Assembly: GCA_001662655.1 (NCBI GenBank) | Contig: KV460215.1 | From: Pseudogymnoascus verrucosus | Lineage: Eukaryota | Reading direction: 5' to 3' (one strand) | DNA length: 64,000 bases | Shown here: in pieces, positions 24,983 to 38,439 of the stretch | Numbering within the stretch: position 1 is the stretch's first letter | Layout of the letters: each line of letters begins with the position of its first letter | Made by a program: the position numbers and the translations under genes | Notes under the pieces: model-generated | Told to the model about the DNA's origin: nothing | Database searches by the model: none | The model's input: only the letters and a program-made list of their open reading frames with translations

Positions 24983-25388
24983 GCATATATTGTGCACGAT
25001 GCGCGTCTGGGATTCCGGACAGTGGATAGGCGGGGGATATGGCTGGATGTGGCAGAGTATGCGCATTGGTGGTTTGTACTGATGAAATGGTTTAGACATA
25101 TTGCATATATATGAAATAAAAACCAAAGCCATACTATCATTATGGGCTTCAGTATGGTAGCTGGAATCCTTCTATTGAATGAACGCAATCACCCCAACTC
25201 CATACCATTGCACCAAGTCCCCTATCAACCCGTCGCCCATCGTCTATCAGCTTTGCCTTCTCAGCCCCCAAAACCAGTACGGATGAGAAAATCGACTTCA
25301 CCAGAGTTGCACAAGTAACGGTTACAAATACCCATCCATCCGTATTGAGGTATAGGCCATGCCGTGGGTTCCCTACACCTGCCTGGCC

Positions 25389-25928
25389 CTACACCTGCCT
25401 GGTGTTTCTCGGCCATTCCCATTCCCACCCAATTGGAAAGCCTCCCATCCACAAGTTCAGAGCATGCTCACCATATGTATTTGCCTCCGTCTTCTCCTCC
25501 CTCGGGATACACGTATACCTCACACTTCCCCCATCCATCAACATCTCCTCCACCTGCAACGCCCGTTTAATCAAGTCCTGGTTGTCAACCTCGCGTCCAT
25601 CAGTTCCAATCCACCCGTTGTAGATCCACCTGTCGGCCCAATCAGTGAGGCTCTTGACGGCATACAGCGATCCGGAATAGATGTTCAGATCCACCGCACG
25701 CTTGTCGTAGAGGCGGCCATCATCCACAATCGCCTTTTCGAGCGCCAGCACGATGGCCATGAGATCTGCGCGCTGGCGGGTAGGGGTGGGCTGGGCGGGA
25801 ACGATTCGGGTCCAAGCCTTGTGGCTGCCGGACTCGTGTGTGAAGACGGCGGTGGAGACGGCGACAGGATACTGTCCATCGATGTTGCGGTAGCTGCCGT
25901 GGACGTAGACTTTCATTTTATCAACCAT
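25389..25928 (-). CDS. RNase H1-fold protein, predicted catalytically inactive
   Basis: Recognisable RNase HI blocks VYVHGS, PTRQRADLMAIVLALE, IYSGSLYAVKSLTDW..W..NGW, EVDNQDLI and IPREEKTEAN in an intact 179-aa ORF. Confidence 0.85.
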   Translation of the reverse strand: MVDKMKVYVHGSYRNIDGQYPVAVSTAVFTHESGSHKAWTRIVPAQPTPTRQRADLMAIVLALEKAIVDDGRLYDKRAVDLNIYSGSLYAVKSLTDWADRWIYNGWIGTDGREVDNQDLIKRALQVEEMLMDGGSVRYTCIPREEKTEANTYGEHALNLWMGGFPIGWEWEWPRNTRQV

Positions 25929-26739
25929 TGTTATGGTGGGTAAATGGATGCGAAGAGAATGGCTTGGGGAGCTGGGGTTTGTTTTCTTTCAATGGTGGTA
26001 TGGGACGAATGCCAATTTATATTTGGTAGAACGATTGAATATTTGTTTAAAGCTTTAAAGACATAATCATACGGTCCTCCGTTGGCCTCATCTTCATCAT
26101 ACGAGCAGCATTGGCCGACACCTTGAGTTAGCGCCGCTTCATGACCCTATTTTGGGCCGAACTTGTAATAGCAAGTGCCACTTGACTGGAAAGCAGGAAA
26201 CATATGGCAGGCACGACGACTGGCCGTTCCTGCCATATGTAATCCAATGTGTAAATAGCTTCATGTTCTTTGCAATCTATCTGAGTGTTGAAGTCTGGAT
26301 GTTCCTGGATGTAGCTTCAAAATATGGTAGCCTCAGCGCACCCCTGTTGTCACAGTCAACAATTGGATCAAGACGTCAAAACCCCCTAAAAATACTAACA
26401 ACTCGAAGACTTTACGAGACCACTGTAATTAACAAAGTCTGTGGGTTTAAGGATACTTTAGTTTTCTAGAATACATACCTGGGTAGTCAAATCTAGCAAA
26501 GTCAACTTCCCAATATATTCCAAGGCGGGCGCTCCGCCAAACTCCCAATACTATTTTGCGCCCTCCCGATACCAAGGCCTTGGCCAAATCCTTCGTCGCT
26601 CGTATTCCAATCGGACTAAATGTACACAGCAAATATATATCCATCGAGGTGTCCATCGAGATGTCACTAAGATAAGGTGTAGATCTCCCCGCATGCTGAA
26701 CCCGCACTCCAATTTACGTCCCGCCTCGGACAGATGACT

Positions 26740-27600
26740 TCCACTACCCCCACCTCCGTCTCCACGCAAGACAGCGCTACCTCCACACCAAGCCCCACTG
26801 CCACAAAGATTCTAGCACTCACAACTCCCGACGTACAGAGACCTGACTGTGCCTCCTTTTGAGATCTGACGACTTTCTCGTCGCTGTTCTCAGGCGTCTC
26901 TAAGAACATCACTGTCCTGGTGTCTGACGCGGCTAACGAGTGCTTTGCATCCTGTCAACCACCAGGATGGGAAAGTATCGTCCCCGCAAGCCGCTCCTTC
27001 TTTAGTCCGGCTGTTAGCCCAAGTGGATGGACCTACTATTACATGGCGTCTATGGTATCCCTCGCCGACAACGAAAAAGACAAAACCATGTCAACAGCAT
27101 ATTGATGCGCTAGGTATGTTTGTACGCAACTCTTCATTCGTTTCACAACCCCCTCTAATATATTCCCCCGCCCTCTCGTTACATTCCAGAGACATAACCA
27201 ACTCGCAGCACGGTGGTTATTTGTTGAGGAGAGATCTCACAGACTTCCCCATCGCAACTATAACACCACTATGCTATCGCGAGGCATCAATTATATTCAC
27301 GCTATCAAACGGCACCAGGTCAACTCGCCTTTTTACCCAGGGCGCCCACGCGCACCAAGCGTGGCATATCTCATGGGAAGCATCTGATACGAGCACGCTA
27401 ACGCCGCCTCTACCCGAATTGACATCCAACAAGCACATACCGACGCGGAAGCCAGGAGAAATTATTGAAAAGGGCATGTATGACCAAGGTTACGCTGAAC
27501 GTTACAGATACTATGAGCTAGGTCCGCTGATTTATTTCCTTGAGATAGGCTTGCCCTTGATCTTTGTGACGCTGCTGGCTTGATTGCATGGTGTTGTATA
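26740..27600 (+). pseudogene. Degenerate single-pass membrane / Thr-rich protein gene
   Basis: Thr-rich start, FASCQPPGW..FSPAVSPSGWTYY, HQAWHISWEASDTSTLTPPLP and a C-terminal hydrophobic helix; in-frame TGA stops. Confidence 0.45.
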
Positions 27601-28489
27601 AGTAATAGGCGATCAAAGAGAAGGTACCGGGTAAAGTCACAAGCGGTGAGTTCGCCCGAACTTACCGGTGTCACCAAGGAATGATGGGAACGGAAAGGAC
27701 TACACCTGTCGGTATGAATGCATATACGTTGATTATCGTGTTGGATCGCTTTAAGAAATCATGGGCTCGGTTCTTTCAGGGTGGCTTGGAGAACAAATGC
27801 ATCTAACTTTTATAACAACAGGGGTTTACGAAGGAGCTAATACCAGGGATAATAAAGAGGCTAAAAAATATATTAGCACTAATTTTAAAGAAAGGGCCAG
27901 ACTAGTGGTTGCGAATTAAGAATAAAGTTTGAAAACATGATGTGACAACAGCAAGATACTATATGCAGCTTATGAGACTTTGGCAGCCAAGCGGAATATA
28001 CCATACCAATCATGACGGGCAAATAAAAATTATTAAGCCCAAAATGAGATACAATACACAAGCACAGAATTGTAGAGTATATTCAAGCGGGTAACCGCGC
28101 CATTCCCAGCTTTCAACTGAGAGACACAGACCCTGTCGGGGCGATCCGCAACGGGGCCACCCGCCCCTAGCAATCGCTAGCGTGTTGTTTATTTCGAGAA
28201 CGAAACGTCTCGCGCCTACACTACTATCCGCAAACTAGCAATGGCGTTGTATATGTACGGATATCAATTGGTGTGATGCAGAAAAGCAGTTATTTTTGTA
28301 GAACCTTGTGTTTTTGTGGGCCCCGTGGGAGAGTCGCACCAAAGCCGTCAGTTAATTTTTGGTTCCATCAATCGAGGAAGAGCAGCGTGGCGGATTGCCA
28401 GACAAAGCAGGTGGATATCAACGACAATACCCACCCGTTTTATAACTACACGTCTGGGAGATGGCTGTAAGTTCACAATATTTAACATA

Positions 28490-29684
28490 TATCAATCGAT
28501 TGTGGATGTGGAGCGTACACTGTTCGCAGTACAATTTCCTGCGAGTGGGAGCCTGTACTTCACGGATTTCTTAGGCGCACATGAGAAGAATGTGGATATT
28601 CCACATGAAGCTGGCGTTACATCTAAGACCAAGTTCTGCGTAGGACCGTCGACTGAGTATCTATGGCGGTATCAAAACCGACATAAGCTTGCCGTAAATC
28701 ATGGGCCTTGTAGGTACTTATACCCGCGCTGCTTCACCTTAGCTGACCAAGGAAATTATAGGGCAGAGTAGTATGGAACTGTTGACAGCAATCGGCGAGA
28801 GAGAGACCAAGTGGCTCCAGAAATTCGGCGAAAAAAGATACCCGCGCGAGCCACTCTATAAGGAATTTTACGGACACCAATTGGTAGATCCACAAGTCCA
28901 AATAAAATACCTAGCCGATTATCTGAAGGTCGCTCCTCACCTCGTTCCTGATGGAGAAGAGCTGAATGCCCCAACCATCCGCCACCCCGATCTTTCGCCA
29001 AGCAATATCTTCATCTCGGAAACCGGCAACATCACTGGCATCATCGATTGGCAACACACTGCTGTCCTTCCAATTTTCGTCCAAGCTAAGATCCCGAAAC
29101 ACTTTCAGAACTACGGCGACGATGACTCTGAGAACTTTCGGCGTCCGAAGCTTGCAGAGGGTGTTGATGCCATGTCCGAGAGTGATAGGGAAGTAGAGAT
29201 GAAACTCTACCGCCGACGACAAGTCCATTACTTCTATCTTGGCTACACAAGCAGTCGTAACAAGCCGCACTTTCATGCCATGGGAAAGCACAACCTCGTT
29301 CTAAGAAACCAACTTTACGACATCGCTGCTCGACCATGGGAGGGTGATAACACCTCGCTACAGGCACAACTAATCAGAACTCTAGAACATTGGCCCGAAA
29401 TAAGAGCTGGTGGGGAAGCCCCACCGATTCAGTATTCCGAGGCTGAAAGTCGAGAGTGCCTTGAAAGAGACGCAAAGCAGAAGAATGCAGATGAGCAGAT
29501 GCAGCAGGTTCGCGAAGCTATAGGTGTTGACATCGAGGGTTGGGTTCCGAACGACGAGTTTGAAAGCGCTAAAGCGAGAGCCGAGGCGATAAAGAGTGAG
29601 ATGGCGCAAGCGGCCGATTCAGAAAAGGAAAGAAGAGAGTTTGAGGAACTATGGCCATTTCAGGATCACGAAGAAATGGATTGA
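28490..29684 (+). pseudogene. Phosphotransferase (APH/kinase-like, AIM9-type) gene, apparently lacking its 5' half
   Basis: FPASGSLYF, FCVGPS, intron 28710-28761, HPDLSPSNIFI, GIIDWQH, terminal WPFQDHEE. No N-lobe exons seen upstream. Confidence 0.7.
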
Positions 29685-30027
29685 ATATTCGACATGGTAG
29701 GATGAAATTACTGCCGGTTGATTAATTCGAAAACAGCGTGTTATGGGACCGTCGGGATATTTATTTCCAAGTTAGGTTTTGGCAAGGAAGCTATAATACT
29801 CGTCAAGAAGCAGATGCAGGTCAAACTTAGTAAATATGGTAGGAGTAATAAACGATTGTATTTAGACTATACTACTCCCACTTCAAACTTATTTTATGAT
29901 ACGAAAGCGACAGTGATGATTTCCCCAACTTCGGCTCTAAAATACTTCGTCATCGGCCATATGTTATGAGGCCTTCCTCCCATTTAATTACACCTAGACA
30001 CGTAATCAAACTTGATCCAGCATTTTC

Positions 30028-30601
30028 CTAGTAAAATGTATCATCAGTACATGACAAGAACAATTGGCTGCTAAACATACCATTGGTGCGTCGCTTAAAG
30101 GCATAGCCGCATGCCAGACAGTTGTTGGTGCTCCGGATTGTATGATATGCCTCCTCGAATTCTTTATATGTGGCACGGCAACCATGTCCTTCAAGGAAAA
30201 ACCCGCATTTACCAGAACACACGCCGCCCGCACCACTTAGTTGTTGCACGTTAGTTTGGCACTGGGTTAAAGCCAGACGCAAGTGGGAATTAGAAGAGAT
30301 AAACATACTTGCCGTCTGTAGTATAAACCGAGTCCGGGTCTACTTTGAAGTAGGCCTCTTTGCACTCGTCTCTGAATCCTTGTTTGTTGCTACAATATGC
30401 GGAGCCGGCACACATATTTACACGACCACCTGGAAGCATAGGAATGTCTGGATGTCCAACAGTTGCCGTGGTGGTGTTAACTCCGTTGAAGAGATTAACA
30501 GTATGGGTAACTGCATTTATTGGGGAGACCGGAGCACTTTACGTAAGTGCTCCTGTTGCGGAGGCTAGGATAGCCGACAGGGTGAAAGAGGAGAGTTGCA
30601 T
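30028..30601 (-). pseudogene. KP4 killer-toxin-like small secreted cysteine-rich protein with a premature stop at codon 21
   Basis: MQLSSFTLSAILASATGALT, TAA (30539-30541), then CAGSAYCS..C, intron 30308-30236, GVCSGKCGFFLEGHGC..AYHTIR..CLACG. Not in the ORF track because of the stop. Confidence 0.6.
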
Positions 30602-32005
30602 GGTTGTGGGAATTGGAGAGTAATATTCAGATGTGAATTCAGGTAATTAATTGCGCTGGATGGCAAATTTCAATTGAAAGTCTTTTATAATGGCGGATGG
30701 TCCTCTGGGCTGATGAACGAGATACCGGTGGGGGAGACATAGTCTTCTTATACTTTCGCTCCCGTTAGCAATTACATCCACTGAAATCATCTTAGCTGTC
30801 CCAATCTAAATTCACGGGTTTGCATTTAGTTCAATACTTCTCTCATTAATGATGGAACCTCGATATTGAAGTCGGTATCTCTCTACCTTGCTTATGGCCT
30901 ACTCCTTGCTTGTCGAGGAGACATCTGTACTGTTGTCTCAGAAGCTTAGTGATGCTGACAACTCGCGCTATTATATTGATATTACTACTCAAGCTATAAC
31001 TCGGCTAATAATTAACTACTGAAACAATAAAGAGCTTCGGAATGAGCTCCCGCCGGTACGTAGTACAGGTTTTATGGTTGACAGTTGTGTGTGCCAAGTG
31101 CCAGGGGGAGGCCAGGGGGGGTAACCTTCCTTTCCTTGCTGACGCCGTTGGGGAGATAAGCCAGCAATACTTTACTCCTGGTAACCGGATAGTCAAACCA
31201 GGTAAGGTAGTAAAACGAACCCGAAAACTACTGTGCTTGCTTGTGATACCCGTATCCAAAGATGTATGATCTTTTGTCTTAAACTATGACGAGAAAACAC
31301 TTTATAAATGTATCGACTAACAAACCCCTTGCCTACATTCCCAATTCCTACGTCTCTTTCTCTTCCTTCGGTTATGTTGATTCCCACACAGGCTAGCTTG
31401 CTTCTTGAGCACTCTGACTTCTCGGACACGTTTGTTTCTCAAACATATCTCGGTTTCTGTTTCTCACCCTTCGTGCTTGCTTGTCAGACATTGTAATAAC
31501 CACGGATTAATTCTTACATGCTGGTGTACTACCGTGCGTCCTTGCATAAATTCATGCTGTCATTATCCCTTGCCTGCCTCACACCCGCGCGTTAGAGCCA
31601 ACCCCAGTAGTTATTACATTCCTTGCTTTATAGTCTCGGTGATATTTTCTTACCTCTCTCTAGTAGCGTCACTGGCTGCCGCAAGGACTTCAATCGTACG
31701 CCTTTGCCTATGGAGATACAGCTACGCCCTCATACTGTAACATGCTCGGCGGTATTCTATTCTATATTGCCCTCAACGGTAGTTACACTATGAGACAAAA
31801 ACGTAGAAAGCCTACTATTATTCTGTCCTTACCTAATTGTGCCACCATATCCTGGCGCCATAGACTTGACGCGTATACCCCCTTGCGACACGCTAGCAAA
31901 GTCAAGATAGTTATAAGATGTATGATTATAGACACCCCGAGAATTTACACAAACATAGTCTTGTCTAATAACCAAATAACTATTTCTCGCTCCTTGCAGT
32001 TCAAG

Positions 32006-32500
32006 ATGAAAAACTTTGCTATCGTTATTGCAATTTTTGGCTTGATTGCTGGATATGTCAACGCAGCTGTTGTCACCACAGGCCAAGTTCTTGAAACAAG
32101 GGGTGAACAAATGACCGACACATCTATCTTCAAGAGTGGCGGCCCACGTCTTGTACAAGAGAGAGATTATAAGGCCCAAATGCTGGAAGAAATAAAGGGC
32201 AAACCAGTTAAAAGGTAGGCTTTCAATGTTGTTATATGAGACAACAGAGCTAATTGTTCTGTAGTTAAGATCTGGCACCTAGAAAAAATCTAGTGGAGAA
32301 ACCTTATCGGGAAATGGTAGGGCTTATTGGGAAGCTTGTAAGTAACAGATTGGATGGTAAATCTGAAACTAGTGCTAACTACAAATATAGATAACATGCG
32401 TATATAAGTTAAATCAACGGTATCTAAGTGGGATATCGAGCAAGCCCGGCACGGTTGGTGTCACGATCTGGCTCACTAATAGACAGGATGATATATGATA
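32006..32500 (+). pseudogene. Small secreted protein, paralog A; stop at the start of exon 2
   Basis: Signal peptide MKNFAIVIAIFGLIAGYVNA; introns 32215-32264 and ~32338-32390; TAA at 32266-32268 followed by DLAPR. Confidence 0.6.
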
Positions 32501-33532
32501 GCTATAGTTGAGGAAAGTGAGAACTGGCGACGTGGACGGAATTAAGATGATCAGCCCGAGCATCACGCCACTCACTACTTTATCTAAAAATTGTGGACCT
32601 GGTTCCTGGCCGCGTGGCACACTGCAGAGTACGTACTACGCCGATCATCTAGGAGCTTTGAATACCGCGACCCCTTGCCTTCAAGTTGGATAGACGGGTG
32701 CAAGGTCTGTGCACCTTCAAAGAAGCTGCAGTACCCCGCAATGCAAACTTAGGTAACTTGCAGTATGAGTCACCATTGTTACATTACCTTTCAGTCTATC
32801 TCCATGTCATTTTCCGCCCACAAGAGCCTCTCACCTCACTGACCCCTCCTACCTCCCCCCCCTCCCTTCTCTGTTTATTGCTACTTCCTCCCTTCTCCAT
32901 TTCCTGATTATCTTTACTTTAAACCACTCATTTCTCGTTAAAACGTTCTTGGATTGCAAGGATTAAGTCCCGGAGAAGATTCAGTGGACATCTGGTAAGG
33001 GATAACCATCCTATGGACCTCTGTGAGGGATAATCGGGACCAGCCGTCTGCTGAGTCGAAAGTCGGCCAAGATGAGCTTACGGAGCCTAAAGCAGCCAAG
33101 TCGGGGCCTTTTAAGCAGAAACTCCGCAAGCTAAAAAAGCGACTAAATATTAAATAAGCCTTAAGGGCATTAAGGCAAAGGCTTCTTTCCCACGGCTTCA
33201 TTATTGATTTACATTTACTAATGTGATTAGAAAATAGTTTGGAAAAGTTAGTATAATTTGAACTGAATAACCATGTCATATAGGAGAGCATTCCAAACGT
33301 TGCAACATGCAATCATATTTTCTGATTGGTCTGTAAATAAATTACAGTCATTGTGCTTTGTGGATCTAGGGATCATCAGACGCAGACCAGATGATTTCGA
33401 GATGCACTACACGTAATGAACTGTTGACTATCTACTCCCTGTAGCGTATGACGAGACATTGCAAAGACCTTCGATCCTGAGGAGTCTAATACGATGGCTC
33501 CCCCGCCAAAAGAGACGCAGATGCGTGCATAT

Positions 33533-34190
33533 TTAGAGACCAAACTGTTCAAGATTCACCGTAGGGTGTCTCTTCTTGCAATGCCGCCTGAAATCATCCT
33601 TCCTAGAGACTGCTTTACCAAATTTGCGACAACCCACGACAGTGCAGACCCATTGCGCCGGGCCATGTATGGTTTTGACATGACGCTTCAAGCCGTTTTT
33701 GTCAGCAAAACTCTGGTTGCATTCATTACAACGGTGGCGAGAGGAGCCACCGTCTTGAGAACCTGCTCTTGTCTTGGCCAGGGTTGAGTCGTAGGGCTGT
33801 TGCTGGATTTCTGGTGTTGTTTCGACGAAAATTGGGTCGTAGGACGACCGCTGCTGGGTCTCATCCCAAGGGTGGGAAGAATCCGGTATAGGAGAGTAAG
33901 GGCAGTTATCAACGTCAATGACGTTGTGACCCGGGAGATTGTCTTGCTGAGCGCTGAAAGGGAATCTTAATCCTGAATGGACGCTGTCGGCACTCTCGTT
34001 CTCAGATAACGACGAGAAAGGAGCGAGTGGTGAGGAATTTTCGCATACACTACAAGAGCCGCACGCGTTGTAGTTCACACACTCGTTACAGCAGGAATAC
34101 TCGAAGTTGTCTGACGAGGGTGCTGAGGGATCGTAGCTGTCCGGATCGGAAAAGTAGACGTGTTGACTTGAAGCTCTGCAAACACGCTGC
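33533..34190 (-). CDS. Two-finger C2H2 zinc-finger protein (5' exons unresolved)
   Basis: CNECNQSFADKNGLKRHVKTIH and CTVVGC..SRKDDFRRHCKKRH at the C-terminus. Confidence 0.7.
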
Positions 34191-34569
34191 TCGTTGCTTG
34201 ACAGGGGTCAGGCGGTGCGGGCCTCCTGCTTAGTGCACGGGAGACCCGGCTGTTGTTGTTTCAAAGAAGGGGTTGAGATTTGTGCAGTCCTGGGCTACTT
34301 CACAAAGTAGCTATGCCCAGGACTGTTGATGAGCGAAGAACCGTATGAGGTCGAGGCGAGGGACTTTGCTTCAGAAAGGTCTTGCTTGGAGCGACGACCA
34401 CCCACTTTATAATCACATTTATCATCACAACCACTTTCCCAGGTTGATTCAACTCGATTTTCTGCGGAGATACTAGGCTGCCTACTTCTTGCATATGTGA
34501 TGGGGTTACGCCCGATGCGGTGACCAATCCCTACCATAAGCTGCTGCCGCGTGGGGCACAGTGCGATAT

Positions 34570-35075
34570 CAGCCTCAGAACTGACCAATGGGTTAGATGA
34601 AGCGCATGATATTTTGTCTCACAAAACCCAACTGCAGAATAAGACCATATTTAATCGCAGCCTGATTAATCGCCTTGCCTGGAGTCTTGTTAACGCAGCC
34701 TCAAAACCGACCAAGAACATTTCATCACAGCCTAACAAATCGCCATGCGTGGAGCCTTGTTAACGCTGCCTCAAAATTGACCAACCACAAAAAAGAAAAT
34801 TTCCCTTGCAGCCTAACAAAGCGCCTTGCCACCAAGTTAATGTATATGCAGCCTCAAAAACAGCCAACTGGGAAGAAGGGCATATGTATGTCTCACAACG
34901 AGCCAACGACAGACAATATTTGGGTATTAGATATCTTGTGCCCTGACCAATCTTGATCACTTCCAATTTTCTGGAACCTATTGCTCTCATCTACGAGCAT
35001 GCTACGCAAACGCGCATGTGGGATACCAAAAATGTTCTTTTGGATATGGGCAGCCTCAAAAAGAGCCAACTGCAA
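34570..35075. repeat. Degenerate ~70-80-bp repeat array built on GCAGCCT motifs
   Basis: GCAGCCTCAAAA..CCAA variants at ~34571, 34695, 34765, 34848 and 35050 alternate with CAGCCTAACAAAnCGCC-like motifs at ~34657, 34728 and 34808. Confidence 0.65.
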
Positions 35076-35329
35076 GCCGTGCTCCTTATCATCGCCCAGA
35101 CACAGCCGGCGCACCGCTGCTGGTTTGTCGTCTCTTATCGAAACTTGCAGGATCAAGAATAGCTTCTATGATTATAAAGGGGACGAGTCGTCCTTGATGC
35201 ATTCAAGAATTTCTACAAACTTCTTCTATTCAACCACTGGTCTCTTGAATAAGTCAATACAACCGCTGATCCTCCTCTTGAAAACACACGACTTCATCAA
35301 ATCGATCACTCTTGCTGTAGGTTCGCAAA

Positions 35330-37618
35330 ATGACCGTCAGCCGGGAGGTTACCACTTTGTCAGACCCCACGTTGCTTGAAAAGGTCGACAAGCTCCGTGA
35401 CTTGAACATTGGCCAACATGTACCTCTCCCTCAGGTAAGATCAGAAGGCCGGTATTAACTATGGTTTCCCATAAGCTCACGCGGAAAATAGCTTGTTGTA
35501 GCCGGAGATCAAAGCTCTGGCAAATCCTCCTTACTGGAAAGCCTTACCGGAATTCCGTTTCCGAAAGACCAAACCCTCTGCACTCGTCATGCAACGCAGA
35601 TTACATCTCGACGCAGTATCAATGACCGTGTCGATATACGCATTATTCCTGGCCCACACGCGTCAGAAGAGCATAGGAAGGAGGTCGAGGGATTCCAGAT
35701 GCACATGCCTTCGGGTTTGAAATTTCGGGAGCAGTTCGAGGAAATCTTGAAGAAGGTTAGTGAGACTTGATTATCTGGAGCCGATTTACATAGCTTAATG
35801 AAAGACCAGGCCAATGAAAAAATGGGTTTGCGGACTGACGTATCAACCGGGAAAGGCGCTGTGTTTAGCGAAGATGTTCTCAAGATCGAGTTGCAGGGAC
35901 CACACGAGGACTATCTCACCATCATTGATGTCCCAGGGATATTCCGTACCACTACGCAGGGGACCACCAAAGATGACATGGTCATTGTGAGAGACCTGGT
36001 CAAGAAGTATATCAAAGACGATCGCACCGTTATTTTAGCAGTGCTGCCTAGTAATGTCGACATTGCCACGCAAGAGATCTTAGAGCTTGCGGAAGATTAC
36101 GACAAGAATGGTGAGCGTACCCTCGGTGTGCTCACCAAACCCGACTTGGTACTTGAACAGAGTGCTCAAGCTGCCGTCTGTGACCTTGTCAAGGGCAAAA
36201 AACGACCACTTACTCTTGGCTACTTCGTCGTCCGCAATCGTGGAGCAAGTGGCAGCTCAAAGGAGCAGCCAGAGCTTGATCAGATTTTCCGACAACAACC
36301 ATGGATCGACCTTCCACAGGATCGGGTAGGCATTCCAGCCCTCAGAGAGCAACTCATGTCCCTCTTAGTCGAGATTACCCGACGCGAGTTTCCCAAATTG
36401 CTCCAGGATGTCAGCAATCAAATCAAAGATTGCAAGAGGGAACTACAGAGTCTTGGGCCGCCTCGCCAGGATGAGCGCGAGCAACGTGTTTACCTCAGTC
36501 GCATTGCCGAAATTTTTCAGGATCGGGCTAGGGCAGCTTTGGCTGCGGATTATAACGCAGATCCGGTTTTTGACAAAGACGAGCTCCGTCTCATCACCCA
36601 CGTAGTAAACATCACCGGTGTTTTCAGTGCTGATTTTCAACTGGGCGCCCATTCACGACACTTCGAGAAATCGTCTGTAGCATCTGATACCGATGAAGAT
36701 TCCGATCTTGAAGAGCCCCCCCGAGTTGAGTCGATGATAGACAACCTGCGAGTGCTCCTCGAAAAGGCAAGAGTCGACGATGTTGCGCTGGGGGAGCGTG
36801 CCGAACTTGATGGCATTATTGTCCCTCTCCCACCGCACAAGATACCAATGCCGCGTGAAGATTTTTCGGCATGGATCAATAACGTTTACTTGAAATCAAG
36901 AGGCTTAGATCTTGGCACCTTCAACGCAAACTTTGTTGCTACGGCTTTTGCAGAGCAATCACGCAAATGGGGCGACATGACTAAGATCTATATGAGCCGG
37001 GTTATCATCACCCTTCATCGCTTCATCGCCGCTGCACTTCGTTCCATATGCTCAGAGGAGCAAACCCGTAGTCATTTATGGTCCGCAATCCTCGAGAGCC
37101 TTGTGGAACGCTACAAGACGGCAATGGCCCAAGCGAGCCTATTGATCGAAGTTGAACAGCGCAAGAAGCCGTACACGCTCAACAAACAGTTTGCTGAGGC
37201 TCTCTCCAAGGCTCGAGGCTATCGAGTCACCGAGCTCCTACGTCCTAAGGCTAGAAAGGACATCAAGCAGTACGGAGATACTCAGTATATGGTCAATTTG
37301 AACGACATCGCCAAAGTTGCCGAAGGCAAAAGCAACGTGGAGCAGTTGCAGGAAGAGATTCATGACATTCTTCAAGCTTACTACAGCCTGGCACTTGACC
37401 GATACATTGACAATATCTTCCAGCTCGCCGTTGACTACTGCCTGTTGCATGGCCCTTCTAGTCCCTTGAAAGTGTTCACTCAGGACTGGGTTATCAACTT
37501 AGAAGCTGAGCAGCTTGAACGGATCGCCGGAGAGACTAAGTCTTCCAAGAAGTGCCGCACGAAACTTGCAAAGAAGATTGTAGATTTGACTGACGCCTTG
37601 AAGATCCTCAAGACCTAA
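35330..37618 (+). CDS. Dynamin-family (Mx-like) GTPase
   Basis: LPQ|LVVAGDQSSGKSSLLE (G1), LCTR (G2), DVPG (G3), TKPD (G4), middle and GED-like regions; introns 35435-35491 and 35756-35809. Confidence 0.92.
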
Positions 37619-38439
37619 GTGGCAATCACTCTCGTTGATTCCAACAAGTCAGCGCAGACGTCTCGTTTAACTTCTGGTTCAGGAATCGAGCACAGCCCCA
37701 CGTTATATATCCTGTCGCAATTCCTGTCGCAATTCCTGTCGCAATTAACGTCGAAATTCTGCATAGCTTAGATTCTAAAAGAGCTCTTAACCTCGTGCTG
37801 GCCATATCCATGAGTCCTTTTCAGCTTGAAAGTGCAGTTCAACCTGAAACACTTGGGCGGGCGGCTGGGACAGTATATGAACCAATTAAATCAAATCAAA
37901 TGACCAAGTAAGACTAAGCTCTTCGATGCTGCCAGTATTTGTTCTTCTAGACTCTAAACTCTTGTAGAGCAGTGAGCCTGGGATAGGTGTTGGAGGACGT
38001 AAACACGTCGCAATATTTAGATGTTTTTGTCCCCCGTAGGTAGGAACGGTACCCACGTCCACTAGCGCCAAGAGACATCCCTTGACAATTGATCAACAAG
38101 TCGACATTGCTGTGGAAGAGCCGTTTTATTCAGGGGATGTTGATTTAACTGTTAAACCACAGGGCCATTGAAGGAGAACCCCTTTACGGAGACACATGCA
38201 TAAACTCGTATCAGTTGAATACAACCGGCGACATGCCTACATCTGTAAACCACAGTAATTTTTCGGTACACCCAAGGAATGGGATGGACAGGTAACTATC
38301 AAGACACGAGGACAGCTAATCCGAGGGATCCACTATTGCGAGCAGCATGGGTTTAGTACAAACAATATCATAGCACCTTTGAACCACAAATAGTACTGCA
38401 AAGAGCAGCTGGTGAAGTTTGTATTAATTGCATTGAAAT

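Noticed and set aside
37710..37746. 12-bp triplication ATTCCTGTCGCA
   Set aside because: Ordinary slippage repeat in a 3' flank.
37990..38395. Coding-like relic downstream of the dynamin
   Set aside because: Short interrupted frames with no identifiable family.
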